Assembly (NCBI RefSeq): GCF_021028975.2
Contig: NC_059427.1
Coordinates: 64,480,001-64,544,000 of the forward strand
Reading direction: 5' to 3'
DNA from: Sphaerodactylus townsendi
Lineage: Eukaryota
DNA: 64,000 nt
This document shows, piece after piece, positions 39,501 through 51,500 of the stretch; the first letter of the stretch is position 1, and each line of letters starts with the position of its first letter. The translations under genes and the position numbers were made by a program. Below the pieces are notes generated by a model. The model searched no databases. It was not told the DNA's origin and saw only the letters and a program-made list of their open reading frames with translations.

Positions 39501-42500
39501 GGGACACCTCCTTTTTTCAGCATTCCTCTCTTCTGAGCGAGTAGTGTTAAAAATTCCAAAGGATTTCGATAATCTGGAATATTGTAATACATCATGATCT
39601 AAAATAAATAGAAAACCCCATCAAATGTATCATTCTCAATTGCCATTGAATAAATCAGTTCTTGCACAATCTCAGCAGCATCTCCACAATTGGAGAAGAG
39701 TTACTTGAGAGCTAGTACCTAACATTAGCGCCTTTGATTTTTCTATTATTTATTGTCTTTTATTCCTTGTCACACAGCAAGAGCAGCATGTTCCTGCTCC
39801 AGTTAGGACAAGAGGCAGAACTGTGCTGGAATTCCTTGGGAAGCACCATTAGGCAACAGCAAGATCAGAGTTGGATCTGATGTCTTCACTATCATAATAA
39901 GACACAACAGATATCCTCATTTCCCACATTGCCAACATGGTGTTAACTACAACTTAATTCTGTTAAAACAATTATGCTTTGGGACAGAAGAAACATAAAT
40001 TTTATCTGTGTAGCATGAAGAGCTGGATCATACTTATGGGTCCATGCATCTCAGTCTACCTAAGGCACAGAAAAGGTTTATTCCCAAACAGTGGCTACAC
40101 TGGCTATGCTTAGTTGGCCAGAAAGCACAAGGACTTCCTCTTTCATTAACTATAACATGTGAGCTCTGAAACACCAGAAGCTAAGAAAGGATCAGGAAAC
40201 TATGCTTTACCTGCTGTTTGCTGCAGAGTTTCAGAACTGCATTTACTGAATCAATTAAGTTTCCAGAATCAGCATCTGTTGTACTTCTCAGTGCCACAGC
40301 AAGAGGAGAGCTGGAAGGTGCCACAATAATACTAGGACTGTCTAACATCTTAATCTGCTCGTTTACAAGAACTATCTGCATGCACCTTTGAAAAAATATA
40401 CACAAGAAAAATAAGTTCAAACAAACTTAAGAAGCATTTGATAAAGAAACAGTACATAAAAAACAACATGCCCACTTTGAGCAAATGGAATCATCCTGGA
40501 AAGCCAGCTGCAATATTTCATGGACAGCACAAATCTACAACCACTTGAGGATGTCACTATTGAACCATGGCAGGCCTATGCTCCACTTTGTCTCTGAGAC
40601 ACACTTTGTTCAAAACCCTCAATTCCTTATCCAAATAAGAGAACAATGAAGTTAAAATAGTTGGTCTAGAATAGATTTTGCGATTAACAGTATGCTTCAC
40701 TTAAACAAATTCAATGAAAACCTTTTGGCATTTTATTTGTTTATAAGTTAACAATCAACACCTTATCCTACCAATGAAAAAAGAGAAAAGTGCACCTTAA
40801 ATATTCCATTATGTCAATTAATATTAGTAAACGATTAATTTTCTTAATAGAATCTATTCCAGTTACCATTAAAATATCTCCAGCATCTGTAACTAGGAAG
40901 AGACTAGCTCAGTTATGGCTTCTGTACACAGGTGCAGAGAATGAACAAATAAAGGCAAAACTACAGGAAATATCACAAGTAGATGGTAGGCTCAAAAGGA
41001 GCTGCTTTACAAAAACCAAACTAACTTTGTAAGGCCTCTCACAGGTCCCACGTTGCAGGCACGCATCTGTTTCATACTATTGACAACACTGCTTTTCCCC
41101 ACATTGGGGAAACCTGAAGATAAAGACAAACAATATAAATATATTAATTACAACTTATGTGGCATGCCAGATATAGAAATATACAAGAGGGATTATTTTG
41201 CACAGGAGGAAAAGTGAATTGTATGTTTTCTCTCTGTAAGTACCGGTAGGTCTCTTTTCCAGCTCCCTCCTTTAAACCCACCAAACCTGTGCTTTAAGCC
41301 CAGAATGAAGCCTAAGTGTGCCCAACTGTGCAGGCTCTCATTTACCCCTTGCCTGTACCCTTTTACTCTCCAATGACTGACAAACACCTAGGGAAACATA
41401 ATTTTCCCTTTTAAAAATGCTATAAAATAGTGGCTACATTGAAAATCCTGTTTCCCACCATTTTGAATTAAGTGGCAGAAACAAGGATGATTTTCATTCT
41501 CTCCCTACCCCCACAAAAAAAAATAAAAAGAGAGCTATAGACTGTCAAGTATGGTCCCATTTTTATGGAAAGTCTGATGGAGTGAAACCATTCAAGATTC
41601 CATCTGTGTCTGCATGTAATGGTGTTCCAAGCAGAAATGGCCTGTTTGTAAAACTGAATTCATGTCACAATATTTTCTTCATCTTTTCAGCACTATAGAG
41701 ACAAGGGAAATTTTGGAGATGCTTTGCCATTTTTCTGATTTTTGACAGCATTTTGTTGTCAGTAAAATATTTTCATATAGAATTGCCTTTTAAAAACTGC
41801 CTGTAGAGTGAGATCAGAGTTGGATCTGAAGTCTTCACTGTAACAGTAAGACATAGGGTATGTCCTCATTTCTCACTCAGTAATACAACAGAACAGGCAA
41901 GCCAAAAAAAGGTACCTTTCTTACATGCCCATCATGTACACCACTTGAGAAGGAGATACTGAAGAACGCAAAGGGGTGTATCAGGTACAAAAGAGTGAAA
42001 GATCATCTAGGACCTTAAACCCCTAGTGTTGCATTTGCCAGTGGATCTATTCAAGAACTCCATTAATAAATGAGTCCTGTGTTAATACTGAAAAGCTGCC
42101 CTTGTCTGTGGAATAGCCTGCTGAGATGCATTCAATATGAGCAAAGTATTACAGCTGGAAAAGCAAAACCAGGTGACTTAGGTGCCTAAGAGCATGCACG
42201 AAATTATTAAGATCCTGGCCACGGCCAGTCAATTTTAACCTTCAGTAGCTCAATAAAGCTGAATGACAAACACAAAGGTATGATTTCCAGCATTTTATGA
42301 GAACCACAATTATTGCTCAAGACAATGCCTCTATTGCTAGTGTTCAGTTTGCTATAAGAGTGACAACACAGAGGAAGAGCACCAGTTTTTAGATGTCGCA
42401 TAGCAGTTAAAACCATGAAGGTGACCATGTTTAAATACTTATCATGTATTTAACTTCAGAAGGAATAAATAAAAATGTACTTACCTACTACACCAACCTG

Positions 42501-45500
42501 TATAACGCTACCTTTTACCACGCTATAGTCTTGAAGAAGTTTTAGCAGACAATCACCCCCAAAGCACAAGCTGGCCCTTGACAGATCAATATATGCAGCA
42601 CCTCTTTTACTGACCTTCTTCACTTGCTGTAAATTTAAATTAAAAATATAAAAAGTCAGAACCAAGGAATACAACATGCATTATCCTATTGTGTTCAGGG
42701 GGAAGGAACTCCAGCGAAATGCTGAGCCATGCTATAAATAAGAAAGCACTTTCATAACATTAGTTTTCTAAGCAGGTGGAAATGATTCAACTACAATACA
42801 TCTGAAATGAATGGCAGGAGATTACTTCAGACCTGGATTAGTAAAAGAAACAGGGAAGAGAGCAGAATCGTTCTGTCATTTGATACACATTCCATATGAC
42901 CCTTGGTCAACCAATTTAAAACACAACTGTGAAGGCCCAGTTTTGGATAGAAATTTTGCTGGTTAACTGATGAATACATGTAGTGCTTTTGCAATAACGA
43001 ACACTAAAAAGAGATCAAGCAACATTTATTGTTCGCTTGCACAAATTATTTTCAGTGTTTTACACACAAAGAAGTTTAAAGCATCTAAACATTAGTGGAT
43101 TTCACAGAAGATTCTTAGATTGCCCCAGCTTATAACGAAATGCTCACAAATGCTTTCTAGGGACACAAAATGTTGAAAGTTAACTTGACATGAGCCTCAG
43201 GATCGTTCCCAATTTCTAAGTAAAAGCCTTTTGCTGCTTTTCTGTCTCTTTGTGCTGTTCCTTGTGAACAGGATGGGTGGTAAAATTTCACCAGCACTGG
43301 AGAAACAGTGGGAATAATGAACAGCTAGACTGTGTGAGAGAAGGCCCATCAGGGCTCCTCCTGGTTAACACTATTATCCAAAACCAACTGTCTCTTCACC
43401 TCCATTCTCAAGTAATAGACATAGGTGGATGATGTTAGACTACCTCTTAACATGCAAATTAGGTTGAAAAAGCAAGCTTGCAAATTATGATTATCATCTT
43501 CTTATCAAGAATTACTGGTTTCCATAATGTTCATTCAATCAGTTACCACCTCTTACAGCACCGTAAAGCAGAGGATGAGTTGCTCTTACCACAGTTCTGT
43601 CTTTTATCTGCATTGCAGATTTAAACGCAACAGTTGGAAGTTCCTGATTTAAATAATGCAACCATTTCTCTACGTTCTCCTTTGGTACAAGATCTGAAAA
43701 AAGTGAAAAGAAATCCAGTGGTTCACAAACATGGCTGCACAGTATGTTCTAAGAAAAAGTGGTTTTAAAAAACTGAGATTTATTCTGCAGTATTCAGTCA
43801 ATTATGAAGATTATGGTTTGTGACGAGAACCAGGAAGCCCCCCACCCCTGACATCTTGGTTTGTAACTGAACAGTCTGTTGAGATATCTGCACTGGGCAG
43901 TTTTGATGAACTGCAGTCTGTTTCTTGCTAACAAACTAGGATTAAACTATGATTTGCAATTCTGATTTTTAAACAAGAACAAGCTGCAATTTCCTTTTCA
44001 TCCAAATGAGACACCAGGTATGATTCACTCTCTCAGCAAAGCAGGAGGTGTAAAGAGTACATGACCCTGTAGACTTCTGAAGACCACACATGGACATCTC
44101 AAAGCTGACAAAGCTTCTTTTTTTGTAATTAGCCTTGTTCTTTTCTGAAATTCACAAATAAGAGATAACTACTGGAAAAGGTATTTCCCTTTGCCCTTTT
44201 TTACCCACGCACCTCCGGGCCTAGCTTGGCCCTATGATTTCACAAGCACCTTGTTACCTGGAATTCAGCAGGTGGAAATTTCCACAGTATGGAGATAAGC
44301 ATTTTTATCTGCTAATATCTTCCCATCAAACTATATTAAAGGGACAGAAGTGGCTAAAAGCTTGGCAACCTTGCTCCTGCAAAAATAGTGAGCTCAGAGT
44401 TGGATCTGACAGTCTTCACAGATATGTCAGTGCATTTTTGTATCTTCCTCACTGCTCACATTTCAATGGAAAATCACTTATCTGATTAAAAAGGTGGTCT
44501 ACAGCCCAGTTAAGCTTTAGAGCCCCTGCTAAAATGAATCCAGTTCCATTTCATTTATTTAATAAGTTGGACCCCAACTGGGACCCAAAGAGTTCTGCTC
44601 TCCTCCATTTTAAGCTTGCAACAACCCTGTGAGGTAGGTTAGGATAAGTGTGTGTGACTGGCCCACCGATATCAGAAGAAAAAGATATCAAACCCAAATA
44701 CATTTACCCAGGACTAAGTACCACTGGTGACAATGGAACTTATTTCTAAGCGAGGATTACACCTAAAGTTTGCAATCCTATTTATTCTTATTTTAGAGTC
44801 AGAAACACTGAGAAGAGTGGAATTCACTTCCAAGTAAACATGTATAGTGTTGGACTACTAGTAGGTCTTTTTCTGGGGTAATGACATTATAAAAAAGCCT
44901 CCAAGCAGTTTGCTTAATTGGGCTGCAAATAAAGTTGTTTGGTAGGCTCTAAGATATTATACTTACCAATTTTGTTTAAAACCAGCAGTAATGGTTTGCC
45001 TCCATCTGACTGGCCAACAAATTGCTCCACCTGTGGACACCGACAGCCTAGAGGATCTCTTGCATCTAAAACTTCCAGCACTACATCAGAAGCCTCAATC
45101 ACCTAAAGAGAAACAGAGTAAAGATGTATATTCTCAACTTCAGAATTAAAATTGTCAAAAAAAAAAGACAGCCAGACACTTAATTCAATGTTCCTGCACT
45201 GCCACTTTGAAGTCATGAACATATCAAGTTGTAACTGTTTACTTAAGAATTATTTGTTAGAAGAACACCATCTCCAAAGCAGCTGAATTTAATACTGCTT
45301 TGGAAAGGCCCATTTTAACTGTCTTCAGCGTCACAAGACATTGAATTTGCTATAGACTAGAATCTACATAGAACAAATGTCAACATTTTCAACACAAATC
45401 ATTCATTAAAATAGCAGAAGGTTGCCATAAACAACTGACAGCATTTCCAAAAGAAGAGAAGCAAGGAACTGAGTAAAGTCAAATTCCATTCAGTGCTTCC

Positions 45501-48500
45501 ATTAGTACAATGTGTCAAAAACCTCAGCACTGAACAAGAACATTAAAAATGAGTATCTCATTCAGTTATTTCAGTTTCATCATCATTTATACTCTAATAG
45601 CAAAGTCAGACAAATCTAAGGACACCGTATATACTCGCATATAAGTCAAATTTTTCAGCACATTTTTTTGTGCTGAAAAAGCCCCCCTCGACTTATACAC
45701 GAGTGAGGTGTATTTTAAAAAATATTTTAGGGTTTTATTTTGTCGGCCACCAGGGGGCGCAATTTTTAGGCTAGCGACACCATAATTTCAGGGATTTTTA
45801 AAGATACCCACCTGATGATACCACCCAAGTTTGGTAAAGTTTGGTTCAGGGGGGTCCAAAGATATGGACCCCCAAAGGGAGTGTCCCCATTGTTTCCAAT
45901 GGGGGCTAATAGTAGATGGGGCTACATTTTGAGGGTCCATAACTTTGGACCCCTTCAACCAAACTTTACTAAACCTGGGTGGTATCATCAGGATAATCTC
46001 TTGCTGATACCAGCCAGGTTTGGTGATGTTTGGTTCAGGGGGTCCAAAATTATGGATCCCCAAAGTGGGTGCTCCCATCCCCCATTGTTTCCAATGGAAG
46101 CTAATAGTCGATGGGGCTACCCTTTTGAGGGTGCATAACTTTGCACCCCCTGAACCAAACTTCATCAAACCTGGGTGGTATCATCAGGAGGGTCTCCTAA
46201 AGATACTCTGAAATGTTGGTACTGCTAACATAAACATTCCTCCCCTGACCAAAAATCCAGTTTTGAAGGATTTTAACTCTTGTGTTATAGCTTGGTTGCT
46301 GATTGAGCTAAGGTTTTTGTACTTTTAAAGTTATTGTTGAGACCATATTGTTTTTGTTGACCCTCTTTTCCACTTACAGAGCTAGTTTACGGTTTTTCTT
46401 TGAAATAAATATTCAAAAACATTTAACCTACTGATGCCTCAATTAATTTAATTTAATTGGTATCTATTTTTATTTTTGAAATTTACCAGCAGCCGCTCCA
46501 TTTCCCCCTTTCGACTTATATGCGTCAATAAGTTTTCCCAGTTTTTGTGGTGAAATTAGGTACCTCGACTTATATGCAGGTCGACTTATACACGAGTATA
46601 TATGGTACCTAACTACAGAGACTGAACTTGTGAACAGAGATGACAGATCTTTGTACAAACCTGAAAACACCCCAGTTTTCCAGAAAAATCAGAAACCTTA
46701 AAAAAATAGACTGGAGGGTTAAAAAAAATCCCCAACATGATGAAAGGAACACTTGTACTTTTAGGGAGGGGAAAGAAAAGGAAACCCTCAGTGGCAACTG
46801 CTTGGCAACCACAGCATTCTAGGCTTGATTTCTGCCTCTATGAGGCAGGGGGAAGGGACAGGGCCCTTTCCAGGGTTGTTCTGGCCCTTGAGAGAGTATT
46901 CATTGGGCCAGGCAAGGCAGCAACCATCTCATAATAATACCATCCAAGTGAAAAACTCACTCACCTAAGCCTATCTACTTGCTGCTGTTCAACAGCAGCC
47001 ACTCTACGAAAACCAGCGTGGTGTAGCAGTTAAAGAGTTTCAGAGTAAGGGTTGGGAGAATTCTAAACACCAGTTTGCCATGGAAGCTCACTAGGTGATG
47101 TTGTACAAGTCATATATTTTCAGCTTAAGCTACCTAACAGGGTTGTTGTGAGGATAAAAAGGAAAACAGGAGAATAAGCTGCTTTGGTCCCCATTGTGGG
47201 AAAAAGTGGGAGTATAAATGAAGTAAATAAACAATAAATATAGCTAATGATGGGAGGCAGATAAAAGACAGGTTGCTGAATGGCTGGGAAGGAGAGAATG
47301 AGGCAGGGAAAGAAAAGAGAATATGGGAGTTGCCCGGAGACGACAATGGGGATATAATGTAAAAAGGCGAACACAGAGGGAAATGATGTGCCTCCCAAAT
47401 TCTTGAGGGTTCCCTACCATGCAAGTGGGCCTGGACCACAGTTTTCCCAGACAGAGTCTCGGGGTGGGGGAATAGGTAATGGTAGGCTGGTTGTTGGGTG
47501 GGAAGAAGAGAAGAAAAAAGTAAATGGGCAGAGTCTATTGATTATTTAAGGAAAGAGGAAATAGCAGAGAAAGGGGAAATTAAATATCCCTGCAAGTCTT
47601 GGAGAGTTTCTGCTTCTAGTTTTATAATCACGTATAACTACTTTGGATTTTTCTGGTTCTCAGTAAGGGATGCAACTAAAATAAGAATAATAGTTTTATA
47701 TAGGAAAGCAGTAACAATTATTACTATTAAAATGTAATTGCATGCACAGGGTTAATTTATAATTAAAAATAAAGCATATCAGAATCACACTTTTGCTTGA
47801 AAATGTATGAACTAAAGGGGAACATAAAAAGATTAATATTTCAGTAAATAAAACAACTCTAATACCAAAAACAGAACAAGCCATACCTTTTTAAGTTCCT
47901 TGCAAATGAATTTCTTTGAATGTTTATCTATCTGCTGTTCTGAGTTTGCTCTAGGCTTAGTGGCTGATTCCTATAGTAAACATTTGGGAATACAGAAAGA
48001 GCATTTAGAAATCAAGACTATCTTGTCTGACACAAACATTGATAATGTTAAGACTGAAAACTTTTTTCGCTTCACCTGCACTGTATTTGGCAGATTTTTT
48101 TTTAAAGCAAACACATAACTTTAATTTGAAATTAAAAATGCATTAAAAATCAGAATTTTTAACACAAATCGATTCAAACTTAAACATGTTTCCTGACTCT
48201 GGCATCTTCCTGCTTCCTTCTCTTCCTACTATCCAATCACACCATGGGATATGAAAGGAGCAGGAAGATTGCCTGCCTACCATTGGGAAAAACAGTAGTT
48301 AGCTAGCAAACTAAGGTACTGAGCTGGCACTGCAGACAGGCAGGGGGTAGTTTCTAGAGACCATTCTCCAAAGGTAATAAATCGAAAGTAATAAATAAGT
48401 TTTGTTAGTGAACAGAATGCTTTCCTTGTGTATTTCTCTCAAGCTAAACTTCAAGTGCTTTCCCAAGAACATATACCTTTTCACATTGTTTTTCTTTACG

Positions 48501-51500
48501 GGCATCCTTCTTATTAGCTTCTTGTTTGCGTTTCTTTTCTTGTACCTTCTGTCGATCAAGTTTTTGCTGTTGTTTCAATTCTTCACGCTGTTCACATACA
48601 TACAAATGATATAAAATCATGAGGATAAATAGTCTCCTATACTGTTCAGAGAGACTAATACCTTCAACTTGGATTGGGAAATCTATGGAAGTCCCCATTT
48701 AGGTCATAAATCTCTTTGGTAAACCTTTGGTCAGTCACTTTCACTCAGCTAAACCTGAGGTTCTTGATCCCTAATCTACTACCCTCCACAAAGTATACAA
48801 CAGCATCATCAAATGCTCCAGGTGCCACAATTTTTTTTAAAAATTAGGACACAAAACTTGCAGTGATAACAAAACAACGTTATTAATTTATACAAATACA
48901 TTTTTTTATATATACATTTGCTCATCAGTTGTGTATGATGGCTATCAGCTGATTTGTGATAGGTTTGATTCCTGTTTACTTCACGCAACTTTTTAAAGGT
49001 CTAGGAGGAGAAATCTATAATCTGGAACTTTATTATCATGTTGGAATGGGTACTGTGAAACAACTTTCTTCTGCTGGCTGTCACAAGTCACCACAACTGG
49101 GGAGGACAACATGTAAAAAGCCCCTCCCATTTGTCTCCAAAAGTTCTTAATGTCCCTCAAAGCTTTGTAGAGTCCAACCCTCTTTCAGAATCACTGGGCT
49201 AACAAAACCAACTGTGTTGTATGAGAGAACAAAGATGGTAGGATATGTTAAGAATGAAAACAGAAAGGAAATATTTTACAAATGATTATTCAGAATTTAA
49301 TTATCAAGATGTACTTGTCATTTTTAATAATATAGTGAAGAAAGACTGGGAAAAGCTCATCAGAACACAGGAACTAGCATCAACGTCATCACATGATACC
49401 TGGCATGCACAAAGCAACAATCTTGAATGGATGTTTAGCTCCACCGTATTTTTCTTTGTTACTGCATATGTTGAATCCTAAGACTCCCTTCCTCCAGAGA
49501 GAAAGACTTCAAGAAAGAAAGACATCAAGAAAGAAAGACTTATCTCACTAGAATATACCTTGCACATTAGAGAAAAAAATTCTCCAACAGAGAAAGTATT
49601 TATTTGTTGAAGGAAGTCTTAGCAGAAGTTACAGGAACCATTGTTGAAAGGAAGTCACGGATCTAAGCCTATAACAACCTTTCATTCATCAAGTTGCAGA
49701 ATCAGACACATAAAATCCTGTTCAAATTAAGTCAGGTTTGTTTTCTCCTCTTCATCCATCAGACCACTGAACTGAACTGGAAGCAACCTGACAGCACTTA
49801 ACACACACACTCACTTTCTGGCTTAACTACTACCATTACCTCTGACAGCAAATAATCCATTTTGCTACTCTATTATGATGCACCATCACATCAGTTATTT
49901 TACCCTTTGCTTCCTTTGTTCTGCTTCCCGAAGAATGGTCTCCTTAAAAGGTGCTGCATTAGGAATTCCAATATCTTTCTTGGGTTTTTTGTGTCCCTTT
50001 TTCTTTGCTTGTTTCCGTACTTTTCTGTTGTGTTCTCGTACCTGTAAAAATAATTGTACTTCATTATCAAAGATTTTCATAGCTATTACATAGATTCTCA
50101 TTCAGTTCTGTTCTTCACAGTGCACAAATAATGCAGTTTTGGGTTCTAAAACGTCTTGTTGCATTATTTTATGTATACAAGAAAATACATTACGCTGGAT
50201 TGTATTTGTTTCTCTCAACTTCATTCCACTTTCTAGATACCACATAAATAAAACTTCAAGAATTATCCACATCCAATAATAGTATGTATCAGACCATTCT
50301 ACTTAGCAAAGTTTGAAGCTTTCCTCCAGCCTAAGGAGCCTTTCTCTGACAGACAGCATCAAACTTTGCTACAGAGTGGGGCAATACACGTTAACGAGCT
50401 CACTTATTATTTAAAACCATAAAGAAAAACAAATGCAAATCCCAATCACTGAGAAGCCAATTCTTCTAAAATACCTTCTCCCTTTCTTTGAGCACAATAT
50501 ATTTTTCTCTCTCCAGAACTTCATTCCTTGTTCTGTCATTATCACACTTCTAGCTTTAAAAAAGTTCTCTTCATCAACTTTCCTTTATCTTAACCCTAAT
50601 TACCACAAAATGTCCAGTTCCCTTATTGTTTCTTTCCACCTCCCTTGGGTGAGGCAGTGGTGAAGGAAGAGGCAGCCTTTAAGCAACATTCCCAGGTCGG
50701 GCTAGGGCCCAGCTGCTTTTAAGGATTATATTGCCATTGCTTCCTTTCTGTGCTTGGTTCCTATCTAAAACCAGTAGTTGCAACAACACTGAATGGTTTT
50801 TTTTTCCATTTCAGCCCTATATACACACTTTTCTTGACAGTTGCAAAACACGTAACGTACCTTTTTCTGGATTTTAAAGCGTTTGTGGCAGGTCATGCGC
50901 TTACTAGCTTTCTTCAATTCTGAAAATAAAGACAGCAATGCTTAATGTATTGTCGAATGCTTTTATGCCTGGAATCAGCTGGTGGTTGTGGATTTTTTGG
51001 GCTACTCGGTCGTGGTCTGGTAGTTTTAGCTCCTAACTATTCATCTGCATGTATGGATGGCATCTTCAGAGGGATAACACAGAGTGTTTTGTGTAGCTGA
51101 ATATTTGTCTTGTCCCCCTCTGACATGAAGATGAAGAAGAGGAGTAGTAGTAGTTTGGATTTATATCCCCCCTTTCTCTCCTGTAGGAGACTCAAAGGGG
51201 CTTACAATCTCCTTGCCCTTCCCCCCTCACAACAAACACCCTGAGAGGGGAATGAGGTGTATTTGCATGCATCTAGGGCAGGTGGAGTTTACTTGCAGTT
51301 GCTTTTCTCCACCCTCCCACCTCACTCTGAATTCTGAGATTAATAACACACATTCAAATCACTAGGATATACACAAACAAATGCAAATAGAAGTTCATTG
51401 AGAAACTTGGAAATCCACCTCATCCCCCTCCCACCTCAGAGGTGGACAAAACAAATACCCAACTACACAAAACACTCCACTGTGTGCCACAAAGAGAAAC

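Noticed and set aside
43190-43270. Possible additional C/D snoRNA in GNL3 intron 7 (D box after TTGGGAACGATC)
   Set aside because: No C box or terminal stem at a suitable distance.
45788-46211. ORFs with repeated [12 protein letters not shown] motifs (also at 6401-6689)
   Set aside because: Translations of tandem units inside a non-autonomous DNA transposon.
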